A stretch of DNA of 64,000 nt. Origin: a virus. Lineage: Duplodnaviria; Caudoviricetes. Position numbers and translations under genes: made by a program. Of this stretch, positions 20,241 to 29,233 are shown in pieces. Each line of letters opens with the position of its first letter. Within the stretch, counting starts at the first letter, position 1. Under the pieces are notes generated by a model. The model searched no databases. It saw nothing but the letters and a program-made list of their open reading frames with translations, and was not told where the DNA came from. Where the stretch lies: IMG/VR virus record IMGVR_UViG_2871215625_000007, positions 3,472 to 67,471 of that record. One strand, 5' to 3'.

Positions 20241-20831
20241 CTACAATCCAATCTCAACACTCAAATACACATCACGCACACGCTCATCTGTGATCCCAAT
20301 GTATTTAAATGTCTCACTAACTGAAGAGTGGTTAAATAGCTTTTGCAGTACGTTGATATCTGTATTGTTCTTATATGCATGATATCCAAACGTTTTACGC
20401 AAACTATGCGTATTGAGTCTGTAATCCAATCCTAGCGATTCTTTAACATCAATCAACTGAGTGCTCACATATTGGCGAGATATTGGCTTATGTTCGCCCT
20501 TAGTGCGATTCCCAGTACCTTCAAACAAATAAATAGCATCAGGATTTAACAGTCGCAACCGTTTAATTGCTTCCATTGCTGATTTATTGAGAGTCAATTT
20601 TTTACCTTTGCGTGTTTTCTTTTCTTCCAGCTCTACATAACCAACAACACGACCTTCCAGATCCATTTCTTTTATATCATCAAATTTCAGCTGCAAAAGA
20701 TCACTAATACGAAGTGCCACATTGCAACCTAGCATAACTAATTCAGCTTCGCGGTTTTTACCCCACTTTTGGAAGCGTCTATAGATAGCACGCACATCAT
20801 CAAGATCAGTAATAGGTGATACATCTTTCAT
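20241..20831 (-). CDS. Short tyrosine recombinase (catalytic domain only)
   Basis: LRISD, EKKT, HSLRKTFG, FNH, Y motifs in 196 aa. Confidence 0.88.
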   Translation of the reverse strand: MKDVSPITDLDDVRAIYRRFQKWGKNREAELVMLGCNVALRISDLLQLKFDDIKEMDLEGRVVGYVELEEKKTRKGKKLTLNKSAMEAIKRLRLLNPDAIYLFEGTGNRTKGEHKPISRQYVSTQLIDVKESLGLDYRLNTHSLRKTFGYHAYKNNTDINVLQKLFNHSSVSETFKYIGITDERVRDVYLSVEIGL

Positions 20832-20967
20832 CGTTGATTCTCACTGGAATATCTAATTTTATATTATCTCATTTTGTAAACTAAGCAAGCGAGATAATAA
20901 GCACTAAATCATTAATTTTCGCATAAACCCTCAACATTGAGGGTGTATGGTGAAAACTAACGATTAA

Positions 20968-21213
20968 CTAAGCTGAAACGATTCTCACAACCGGACGAAA
21001 ACAAAACGCCTTACCATGATCAAACTCAACATGTCCACATTCTGTAATTTTACTAATCACATGTTTACCTGATTTAATCCAATCAGAACTAAAGCTTCCA
21101 CTGCCAACCTCAACAATCTCTACAACATCACCGACATTAGCACCAAGACGAGCCATCTCTTTTGCAAGATTTTGGTTCTCATAATGCTTAACGTCAACCT
21201 GAGTGCTTAACAA
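20968..21213 (-). CDS. Hypothetical protein, possibly 5'-disrupted
   Basis: 81 aa; an upstream ATG at 21290 opens a 27-codon ORF in another frame. Confidence 0.45.
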   Translation of the reverse strand: MLSTQVDVKHYENQNLAKEMARLGANVGDVVEIVEVGSGSFSSDWIKSGKHVISKITECGHVEFDHGKAFCFRPVVRIVSA

Positions 21214-21289
21214 GCGAACGGTATTACCTTGCCATTTAACTCTTTACCAAATAATTCATGGGCTTCATCTGTAATAATTACCGTTGTCA

Positions 21290-21964
21290 TTACGCACTTA
21301 CTCCTAACTTCATTGTTTCTGTTCCATTAACAGGTGTATGGATTGCTACTTGACCACCCAATTTATGGCCTTCTGCATAATCATCAATAGAGCCGCCTTT
21401 GCGTCTAACACTCTTTGCAGTTCCAATAACAAAAGATTTATCACGGTTTTTGTACCTTTCAATCGTTTCTCTATCTTCTGAAGAAATAACTTCCTCTATA
21501 AGATTTGATACAACAGCAAACACCCACCCTTCACAAAAAGCATCAGCACGAACTGTTTTATTTTTCTTTAATAAACGATGATGTAACGTTTGAATATAAT
21601 CACGTCGTGCAATCTTTAATTGACGATAAATTACATCGAAAGCATAAGCGGCGGTCATTGCTTTTGCTTTATGGCCCAGGAATTGAGGTGATGCTTTGCC
21701 GCCAATTGTTATTAACATCGGTACGACACCGAATGTCTTAGCAATTTTACTTATTAGACGAGCTACATACTCAACAGGCTTCTGTTGAATGCTACTACGA
21801 CAGGTAGTCTCACCCATTTCGATAAACTGAATATCTTCATCAGATAAACCATACTTACGCATCAGCTTTTGAGCCATAGCCAAAGCGTTAGCCGCTTCGT
21901 TTGCATTACCAGACTTTGCCAGCTCAAGGCACTTTTGAACCTTATTTAATTGCTTCTCGTTCAT
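21290..21964 (-). CDS. DUF2786-family protein
   Basis: KVQKCLELAKSGNANEAANALAMAQKLMRKYG; ADAFCEGW. Confidence 0.8.
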   Translation of the reverse strand: MNEKQLNKVQKCLELAKSGNANEAANALAMAQKLMRKYGLSDEDIQFIEMGETTCRSSIQQKPVEYVARLISKIAKTFGVVPMLITIGGKASPQFLGHKAKAMTAAYAFDVIYRQLKIARRDYIQTLHHRLLKKNKTVRADAFCEGWVFAVVSNLIEEVISSEDRETIERYKNRDKSFVIGTAKSVRRKGGSIDDYAEGHKLGGQVAIHTPVNGTETMKLGVSA

Positions 21965-22278
21965 TACGCTGCCTCTGAAATCAATTCGAATACTAATTTA
22001 TGATTCCATGAATCAAGACAAAGACCTGCATTAACAATATCAGCATCCCACTCACCAGGGGTACTATCAATTTGAACAGCTAACGCATTAATTTCAGCAT
22101 TCAAGTCTTGTAACTTCGCCTGCATGTGACGTAAAAGGGCTGACTTACCAGTTTTCTCAAACTCTGACATCGTGCCGTAATAAAACTCAGTTTCACGTAT
22201 GTAACGCTTATCTATTTTATGATCTTGAGCGTTATATTTTTTAATAAAACTGACAATGGTTCTCATTTGTCTTTTCAC
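21964..22278 (-). CDS. Hypothetical early protein
   Basis: 104 aa, AAGGTG RBS, sigma70-like TTGTCT-N17-TATATT upstream (22321-22349). Confidence 0.6.
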   Translation of the reverse strand: MKRQMRTIVSFIKKYNAQDHKIDKRYIRETEFYYGTMSEFEKTGKSALLRHMQAKLQDLNAEINALAVQIDSTPGEWDADIVNAGLCLDSWNHKLVFELISEAA

Positions 22279-22386
22279 TGAATCACCTTTGGTCGGGGTT
22301 AATGTTATTGCTTAAACGAGAATATAAGCCTGTTTTGTAATTTAGACAAGGAAAAAAGATAAAAAAAGCAGTAACAGCGGTAGTTT

Positions 22387-22420
22387 TCTAATTGCTACAA
22401 CGTGGTTGTGTCAATTAGAG
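22387..22420. repeat. Imperfect inverted-repeat site TCTAATTGCTACAA-N5-TTGTGTCAATTAGAG, copy 2
   Basis: Arms identical to 6172-6205. Confidence 0.75.
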
Positions 22421-22424
22421 TCGA

Positions 22425-22458
22425 TAAAAAAGGCACTTGGATAATTCCAAGTGCCTTT
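22425..22458 (-). terminator. Intrinsic terminator
   Basis: AAAGGCACTTGGA-N3-TCCAAGTGCCTTT with a T-tract on the minus strand. Confidence 0.75.
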
Positions 22459-22719
22459 CGTTCATTATCATTCTGGCTAAAAATGACGCTCAACATATTC
22501 GCTAGTGGTTAGTTTTATGGACAACGACAGCAAATAAAGGAGGATAGAACCTTTATCGCTTACCGAACTCCGATTCGTCAAAAAATATGACACCGTTGCA
22601 AATATGTAGAGTGAGATGCTGCACCAACACCACATCAATATACCGACTCTATGATTACCGTCGCTACAACATTTTTTTATTTATCATTAAAAAGCTAGTG
22701 TTTTAACGCACACATATAT

Positions 22720-22736
22720 TAGGCACATTGTTCCTA
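22720..22736. promoter_or_regulatory. KorC-like operator TAGGCACATTGTTCCTA
   Basis: Also at 36955-36971 (two mismatches) and 43378-43394 (exact reverse complement). Confidence 0.7.
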
Positions 22737-22790
22737 TATAAAAATCATGGTTATTTTTTACACAGCCTTATCCCCAATAACAGGGGATAA

Positions 22791-24515
22791 CTAAGCTCGT
22801 ATATAAACTTTATAAAAATCATCTAATCGTTCAATTTCCAATAACGCCAATTGAGCATAACTATCTAAACCATCTTCTAACCAACCATCACATGCTTGAT
22901 GTAGCGACTTCCTTACATCGAGGTATTCATCTTCATTGCACACAACAACTAAACCGGACTCGATAGCCTCAATTGCACGCTCAGATGGTGTCTGATCATC
23001 ACTATGACCAAGTAATTCCATTGCTTTAGCCAATGCATCATCAGCTTCACCATTGTTTTCCTGGCTAAGAGGGATGTAATCAACAAGCCAGAAAAATGCC
23101 GTCGCATCAAAAATATCGGGGGATTTTATACCTTCACTTCTAAGCTGCTTCTTACTATAGATCCGCCATTTACCCAACTCATCAAATTCATACGGGATCT
23201 TTGTAAACTGCTTAATTAGTTTCTTATTAAACTGTTGGCTTTCACCATGACATAACTGGACCCTACCACCTTCCAAACCTTCTTTAAGCATGACCGCAGC
23301 ATAATCTTTCTCTTTCGGAAAACGCTGCTTAATTGAATTGGCGTGTGGTGGTCGACCCCAATGAATACGTGTAACATTAACGCCTAACTTTTCACACTCT
23401 TGTGCTGTTGTTAGACCATAACCATCAGCATCAATACCTACCGTAATGTTTTCATAACCAGCTATCTCTTGATGAATAAAACGAGCAAACTGTACGCCAT
23501 CCATGTTTGAAGGCGCTTCAATAGCCTTGACCTCTTGTACTTGCCGTTCACTTCCATATCCACACACTCGAGCGATTTTTAATACAGAACTATCTCTACC
23601 TTCACCGCCGGACACATCAGCTGTAGCAACCCATCCCCACTCTTCAGTAAATTCAATTTCAGTATTAAAGCCTTTTGTAACAGCACTTCGAGTGATCAAG
23701 AAACCTTTTGCATTATCAGGACAAATACCTAATACGCGAATTCCATATTCTGGACTATCCGTGCCTCCATACTCAATCCGCTTTTCACGAATGAACTTCA
23801 TAGTAACGAATGGGCTATGTTCACTATTTAACGTAATTGCGGTGTAAACACCTTGCTCAGATAAATCAGTTTGAGAATCAGCAAAATGTCCAGTCGGACG
23901 TGTAAACTGACTGATCAATAAAATTTTGTTGTTATCTTCTGTCAATGCGCCACGAAGAACCTCAAATGCACGATCAGATACACCGGATGCTTCATCCACT
24001 ACGACCATATAATCACGTCTATGCTGGCCCGCAAGTGCTTCTTCATTACCTTTAGAACACGTCTTACCGAATATTTGCCAAATCCCTTTGTAGCCTTTCG
24101 CGTAAAACGATTTTGCAGTCATGACAAAGTATTGTTCTAACCATGGCTGTCTCTGGCATATTTTCACCCACAAACGTTTGATATAACTAAATACAACGTT
24201 TGTCACCTGATCTAATGAGTTGGCGGTTAACATGCAAAGTGATTCGGGATGAGTTATAGCCCAGTGTAGACAAATACCAGCAGTTAAATGCGACTTCCCT
24301 GTACCATGTCCTGATGCCACAGATACAGCCGCCCCAACAGGTGTTATGGCGCTAACAACCTCAAGTTGCTGCATAGAAAGATCCATACCAGCAACATCAT
24401 GTAAAAAAGCGAGTGGGCGACTGCGATAACTAGCAGCAAAATCAAGATAACGAGGATCAAGCGTTATCGCTGAATATCCTTTTTTACCTTTTTTTCGCTT
24501 AGCCATGCTGAGCAT
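22791..24515 (-). CDS. pacB: Terminase large subunit (P1 PacB-like)
   Basis: ASGHGTGKS Walker A, VVVDEASG Walker B, ADVSG..RDSS nuclease, KSPDIFDA. Confidence 0.93.
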   Translation of the reverse strand: MLSMAKRKKGKKGYSAITLDPRYLDFAASYRSRPLAFLHDVAGMDLSMQQLEVVSAITPVGAAVSVASGHGTGKSHLTAGICLHWAITHPESLCMLTANSLDQVTNVVFSYIKRLWVKICQRQPWLEQYFVMTAKSFYAKGYKGIWQIFGKTCSKGNEEALAGQHRRDYMVVVDEASGVSDRAFEVLRGALTEDNNKILLISQFTRPTGHFADSQTDLSEQGVYTAITLNSEHSPFVTMKFIREKRIEYGGTDSPEYGIRVLGICPDNAKGFLITRSAVTKGFNTEIEFTEEWGWVATADVSGGEGRDSSVLKIARVCGYGSERQVQEVKAIEAPSNMDGVQFARFIHQEIAGYENITVGIDADGYGLTTAQECEKLGVNVTRIHWGRPPHANSIKQRFPKEKDYAAVMLKEGLEGGRVQLCHGESQQFNKKLIKQFTKIPYEFDELGKWRIYSKKQLRSEGIKSPDIFDATAFFWLVDYIPLSQENNGEADDALAKAMELLGHSDDQTPSERAIEAIESGLVVVCNEDEYLDVRKSLHQACDGWLEDGLDSYAQLALLEIERLDDFYKVYIRA

Positions 24516-25653
24516 CCTCAGCGTTTAGTGCATCTAACTCAAGTAATCGTTGGGCCATAAAGTCTCCCGCCGATTGTTTACTACCAAGCTGAAGTTGACG
24601 TTCGCGCTCTTCAACCATCTGCGGTGTGACAGCATCTTTTGGTAAACTAGACTCATCATCACCATCGTCACCCAGCTCATAACGGATTTGAGCCAGCAAA
24701 TTGGCAGGTATATCTATCGCATTAGCAGAAAGTATATTGCCTGCCGCAATTGCATCGATGATCCCGTCGGCTAATTGATTAAAAGTGGTACTTTGTATTG
24801 CTAACCGTTCGGAATGTGACAACACATGCCCTTGCAATAACTTTTGTCGCAATGACTCAAGATTAGCAATTCGCCCCATCCAGCGGTCAATCACTGCATC
24901 CCAGTCAATACGACGCATCTTAATAGTCATACCCAACGGACCAAGGTTATCTTCAAAGGAGTCAGGTTGCATTGCACCATAATTAAAACGGGCGGGGACA
25001 GTATTTGAGGGCACAACATTCCCTTCGTTATCTACTATTGAAGGTGGTGGTGGCTCAGAAGCAGCCCGCAACTTTTCCTGTTCGATTACTCGCTCTAAGT
25101 ATTCTTGCTCACCTTTTTGTCTAAACGCATCAGCTAGCTTTGCACGAGCCAATGCTAATTCTTCATCAACACCACCTGCTTTACCTAAAGCATCCTCATA
25201 AACAACTCTCATCTCATCAGATAGACATTGAGCATAGAGTCCATGAGTAACGGCATTACGATTGCCACGTTGTCCACCTTTTCGTTTTGCGCCCGCATTA
25301 GATTGTGATCGATCACTATTACGCACGCGCTCCCCGTCAGGCTTCCCATAATTATGCGTAACATCATGTTTATATTTATTATTTTTAACGTTACCATTGT
25401 TAATGGCTTTATGTTTCCGATCAGAATTATGATCATTTTTTCGATCATTACGATCATTTTGCTGATAGGAACGAGAGATGTCAGCCAATTCAATCTCACC
25501 CTTCCTATATTTTGTAAGAGATCGAGTCAAGGAACCAAGCGGAACACCTTCATCTTCAGCAAACTGTTTGTTTTTATATGATTGGTCCTGCTCTTGCCGT
25601 TGAAACAACAACGACAAAAGCACAGACCAATCGTGTGTTGGTTTACGCGCCAT
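24499..25653 (-). CDS. pacA: Terminase small subunit (P1 PacA-like)
   Basis: 384 aa, GNRNAVTHGLY motif, directly upstream of pacB, contains GATC clusters. Confidence 0.8.
   Translation of the reverse strand: MARKPTHDWSVLLSLLFQRQEQDQSYKNKQFAEDEGVPLGSLTRSLTKYRKGEIELADISRSYQQNDRNDRKNDHNSDRKHKAINNGNVKNNKYKHDVTHNYGKPDGERVRNSDRSQSNAGAKRKGGQRGNRNAVTHGLYAQCLSDEMRVVYEDALGKAGGVDEELALARAKLADAFRQKGEQEYLERVIEQEKLRAASEPPPPSIVDNEGNVVPSNTVPARFNYGAMQPDSFEDNLGPLGMTIKMRRIDWDAVIDRWMGRIANLESLRQKLLQGHVLSHSERLAIQSTTFNQLADGIIDAIAAGNILSANAIDIPANLLAQIRYELGDDGDDESSLPKDAVTPQMVEERERQLQLGSKQSAGDFMAQRLLELDALNAEDAQHG
25307..25455. other. Probable pac site: two GATC clusters around an AT-rich spacer inside pacA
   Basis: GATC at 25307, 25311 and 25419, 25431, 25443, 25452; same layout as P1 pac. 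Confidence 0.7.
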
Positions 25654-25662
25654 CTCAACCCC

Positions 25663-26070
25663 CTAAGGAATAACAACTATTTCGACGTGAGATGGAGCTA
25701 TGTTTAAATCAGATTCACCTCCTGCCTTTTCGGTCTCAAGATTTTTCAATCTCTTTGATAAATCAGAGATTTTTTTCTTAAGCACTTGTCGCTCCTTATC
25801 CCATTCAGCTCGTTCTGATTCAAGCTGTTCTCGATGGTTCTTTTCTAAAACAGTTAGCCGTCTTTCTAGATCCTTTTGCAATTGCTCCATAAGCTTATTT
25901 TGCAATTCAACTAATGATGTTGCCCCTTTGACAATTAATTCGTCAGCACGTAAATCATCAAGACGTTTATCACGAATCTTAATGAAAAAGCTCCACATAC
26001 CTGCACCACACAGCGCAGTTACCACTGGAACAATCACATCTGTCACCACAAAAGCTTCATTTGCTGCCAT
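25663..26070 (-). CDS. Membrane-anchored coiled-coil protein (holin/antiholin-like)
   Basis: Single N-terminal TM helix plus coiled coil; in the lysis cassette. Confidence 0.5.
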   Translation of the reverse strand: MAANEAFVVTDVIVPVVTALCGAGMWSFFIKIRDKRLDDLRADELIVKGATSLVELQNKLMEQLQKDLERRLTVLEKNHREQLESERAEWDKERQVLKKKISDLSKRLKNLETEKAGGESDLNIAPSHVEIVVIP

Positions 26071-26344
26071 CGGGTTCTACCTCATTGTTTACCCAATCAC
26101 GAAGTGACTTCTTATCGACGTTGCACTCCTTGATAATGGCTCTTTGCTCTAAATTTAAGGCCACCGAATCTTCAAAAAACTCACCCTTCAGTTCACCGTA
26201 AGGACAATCTTTAAGCCACTTTTCTGGCGGGTATACCTTCTTTTCCACCGTCTTAGTGACTGTTATCGTTTGTGTCTGAGCGGAGCAGCCTGATAGCATA
26301 ATCAGGCATACGAACGCGCATACACTTAGATTTACCCCCTCCAT
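26057..26344 (-). CDS. o-spanin (Rz1-like lipoprotein)
   Basis: Lipobox LSGC, Pro/Cys pattern, overlaps the i-spanin. Confidence 0.8.
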   Translation of the reverse strand: MEGVNLSVCAFVCLIMLSGCSAQTQTITVTKTVEKKVYPPEKWLKDCPYGELKGEFFEDSVALNLEQRAIIKECNVDKKSLRDWVNNEVEPDGSK

Positions 26345-26645
26345 TACTCACCTCCGTTCTAAGTTTATTTAACTGCTCGTTTAACTGGTGGGTAATCTTT
26401 TTTTGAGAAATTTCACGTCCTGAAGATATTTCTCGCTCACGCTCTAATGCGGCTTCTGACTCAACATATCTAAGATTTGATGATTTCAAATCTAATTTTT
26501 GTTGTTCATTTGTCTGCTGAAGTAGCGAAAATGATGCAGATAAAACTTCTTTGTCTTCATGAAGTGTCTGGATATTGAAATACTGGACGCCTATGACGCC
26601 CAGTAAAACAATCCCAGAACCACTCATTAAAATGAATGGATTCAT
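26253..26645 (-). CDS. i-spanin (Rz-like)
   Basis: N-terminal TM from MNPFILM, coiled coil, C-terminal CMRVRMPDYAIRLL. Confidence 0.75.
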   Translation of the reverse strand: MNPFILMSGSGIVLLGVIGVQYFNIQTLHEDKEVLSASFSLLQQTNEQQKLDLKSSNLRYVESEAALEREREISSGREISQKKITHQLNEQLNKLRTEVSNGGGKSKCMRVRMPDYAIRLLRSDTNDNSH

Positions 26646-27268
26646 AGGAATTTCATCTCCAACCACCATCGCCAGTTTCGAGAAACATACGTTTTGGTTT
26701 CTTTTGCGTGTTTGCCTGTAACCTGTGGTAAACATTTAATAATGTCACTATACAAATTAGGGTTCCCACACAATTTTTGAGATTTCAATATCCAGCCCGC
26801 ACCTGCGTTATAGCTAGCCCAACCAAGCGATATTTGATCAGCCATTGGACGAGGAGAACTCCACATTCTCAACCGACTGGCCATATAGAATGCCGCAGCT
26901 TCGATATTATGTTCGACGCTAAAAACAGACACTCCGCTCCATCCCATCTGTTTTGACACTTCTTGCCACGTCCCAGGCATAAACTGACCGATACCAGACG
27001 CGCCAACATAACTCACGGCGTTTGGTTTTAAATGACTCTCTTGATAAAGCTGAGCTTTTAGAATTTCCATTCCATACACGGCTTCATATTCGGGTAGCCA
27101 TCGTTTAGCAGCCTTACGGATCAAGTTATCGTATGTGCTAGGAAAGGACGCTGCCGAGGAGGTAGCAGGTACTAGCAAACATAACGCACTGATAGATAGC
27201 AACAGAACGGTAATCGCCTTTCGCAACCGCTTTTTCAATCCATTCATTACAAACACCTTGTTTACCAT
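26642..27268 (-). CDS. Lytic transglycosylase (SLT) endolysin with N-terminal signal-like sequence
   Basis: AQLYQES..PNAVS.VGASGIGQFMPGTW, ASYNAG, ETKTYV motifs. Confidence 0.9.
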   Translation of the reverse strand: MVNKVFVMNGLKKRLRKAITVLLLSISALCLLVPATSSAASFPSTYDNLIRKAAKRWLPEYEAVYGMEILKAQLYQESHLKPNAVSYVGASGIGQFMPGTWQEVSKQMGWSGVSVFSVEHNIEAAAFYMASRLRMWSSPRPMADQISLGWASYNAGAGWILKSQKLCGNPNLYSDIIKCLPQVTGKHAKETKTYVSRNWRWWLEMKFL

Positions 27269-27386
27269 TAAAAACTTTGCGCATAGCAGTCAGCAACGCT
27301 AACGCTAAGCACACGATAATCACCTTCATTCCGATACCAGCTAATGCTGTTGTACCAATCATCACTGCATTCATTTCTTCAGGCAT
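27138..27386 (-). CDS. Putative holin
   Basis: 82 aa, two hydrophobic segments, GGAG RBS, first gene of the lysis cassette. Confidence 0.6.
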   Translation of the reverse strand: MPEEMNAVMIGTTALAGIGMKVIIVCLALALLTAMRKVFNGKQGVCNEWIEKAVAKGDYRSVAIYQCVMFASTCYLLGSVLS

Positions 27387-27441
27387 ATGTACTCCATAAA
27401 GTTAAGTTATTAAAAAGCCCCAGCATTTTGCTGAGGCTAAT

Positions 27442-27475
27442 AGTGTGTTTCGTAATGGTTTCCTGTGCATCAACA
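27442..27475 (-). promoter_or_regulatory. Putative late promoter TGTTGATGC-N19-CACACT (lysis/packaging operon)
   Basis: One mismatch to the motif, same spacing. Confidence 0.6.
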
Positions 27476-27692
27476 CAAATTTATATATATTCGAACATTA
27501 TCTAGATATCCTCTTCTGTAATAAGTACCTCCACACCGTGCCACGCCTTGCTGCATGTGGCATTAGCTTGTGACACTTCCACGCCTAATCTCACGCCTAT
27601 CTCACAGTGAACGCATTGTTTTTCATGAAATTAAGACATAAAAAAACCAGCTCACTGGCTGGCTTCTTTGGATTATTGGTTAATTAAGGTCA

Positions 27693-27956
27693 TCAGGCTG
27701 CGCTTAATACTGCAGTCGTTATCTCTCTCGCCAATACGGGCGGAACTGCATTACCAATCATCATTTTGGTTGCTGTTTTTGATTTGGGCCAATGGTAATC
27801 ACCATCAAAGGTTTGAGCAGACGCTAACTCTCTTATGTTTAACGGTCTAATGTACTCTCCCATCACCAGGGAATGCTTATTCATGGTGGTAACAGTACCT
27901 AACGGCTTATCTAGTGACCTTCCGCTACGTTCGGCACCATATGCATTTAGAGTCAG
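27693..27956 (-). pseudogene. C-terminal remnant of a C5 DNA cytosine methyltransferase
   Basis: RSLDKPLGTVTT..IRPLNIRELASAQTF..MIGNAVPPVLA (motifs IX-X only); no N-terminal FxGxG or PC motifs. Confidence 0.8.
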
Positions 27957-28091
27957 CTAAGGACAGTTATTAATTTATCTCGTTTTGATAACCTCCCAAT
28001 TACCGCTACCAGCTTTAATCTATAAAAATAAAATAAATTTTATTGGGCGAAGCCGACTTAATGTGGGTTAGTGGGCTAAGTGCGAAGTCAC

Positions 28092-28320
28092 TTATCCACT
28101 TATCCACAGCCTTTAAATAATAATCTTTATTCTCTTTATATGATCTTTATTCTCTTTAGCAGAGCTAAAACATCCCTGCAAGCCGCGTCCTTATTGGCTT
28201 TCAAATTTAGTCATGTGTAAATGGGATCACTTTAATGTGTAAATCAGTTAAGCTAGATATGTATTTCGGATCACTTTAATGTGTAAATCAGTTAAGCTAG
28301 ATATGTAAATCAGTTAAGTT
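28092..28320 (+). other. Replication origin 1: DnaA boxes, AT-rich repeats and iterons
   Basis: TTATCCACT/TTATCCACA at 28092-28108; ATCTTTATTCTCTTTA x2; TGTAAATCAGTTAAG x3; GGATCACTTTAA x2. Confidence 0.85.
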
Positions 28321-28420
28321 GATTGCTGTGTTATCCTCTTACTGTGTAAATAAAACCGCTTTACACAGTAACACCCGCAAGGGTAGTATGTAAGCATCAT
28401 CACCTTACATAGTTAATGCA

Positions 28421-29233
28421 ATGGAACGCGAAATAACAATTAAGAAAAATTCAATAATCTACGTATCTAACAAGCTATTAGACGCCATTTTTAAAATGTC
28501 GCTCTCTGAAAAAAGAGTTATGTGGTATGTGCTTAAAGATTATAAATTCAATGACTTATCAACGGTCTCTCTTGACGGAACAATAAAGCATAACGTATAT
28601 GCAAAGCTTTATAACATTTCTATACAACAGGCATCTAAAGAGGTTAGGCAAGCATGTCTGTCGTTGCCTGATAACTCATTCTTTGTGCCTCGCCCTGAGT
28701 GGGATGGAAATATTTTAGAAGAGCTTGATCAACAGATTTATACAAAATCGGAACTCAACGAACTAAAAGCTTTCTCAAAAGGTAATGTTGTTGATGTATG
28801 TGATTATGGGTGTAGGAAAGGTGAGAGTGACGTGTATTTTACTCGGTCGTTCTTACTACATGCCATTCCAGTGAAGAACTATTTTACGCAGTATCGCTTA
28901 TATGAAGCGGATTCACTTACTAATGCTAATCATATTGCATTGTATGAAGAACTGCAGCGTTGGATAGATACAAAGGAAGGTGAGGGTATATATATCACAA
29001 CACCTATCCGTCTGATTAATAAGCTTCAATTGCCGAAAACATATGAGTCATATCCTCAGATGAGACGTGGATTTATTACTCCAGCAATGAGTAATATTAA
29101 TGAAAATACCGATTTGAATGTAAATGTTGAAGAGGTGAGAGCTGATCCTAAGAACAAGAGATCTAAGGTTATAAAGTTGTATTTCCATTACTCAAAGAAG
29201 AAAAAGAGTGAGCTTGTTGCATTGGAAGCTTAA
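28421..29233 (+). CDS. repB: Plasmid replication initiator, Rep_3/RepB family
   Basis: SNKLLDAIFKMSLSEKR, YFTQYRL, ALYEEL, RRGFITPAMSNINENTDL; flanked by iterons. Confidence 0.88.
   Translation: MEREITIKKNSIIYVSNKLLDAIFKMSLSEKRVMWYVLKDYKFNDLSTVSLDGTIKHNVYAKLYNISIQQASKEVRQACLSLPDNSFFVPRPEWDGNILEELDQQIYTKSELNELKAFSKGNVVDVCDYGCRKGESDVYFTRSFLLHAIPVKNYFTQYRLYEADSLTNANHIALYEELQRWIDTKEGEGIYITTPIRLINKLQLPKTYESYPQMRRGFITPAMSNINENTDLNVNVEEVRADPKNKRSKVIKLYFHYSKKKKSELVALEA

Noticed and set aside
20968-21290. Programmed frameshift joining MTTVIITDEAH.. to the 81-aa ORF
   Set aside because: No slippery sequence seen; a small deletion or sequencing error is as likely.
22768-22790. TTATCCCCA...GGGGATAA DnaA-box-like pair as a third origin
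   Set aside because: No iterons or initiator nearby; more simply a hairpin right after the pacB stop.
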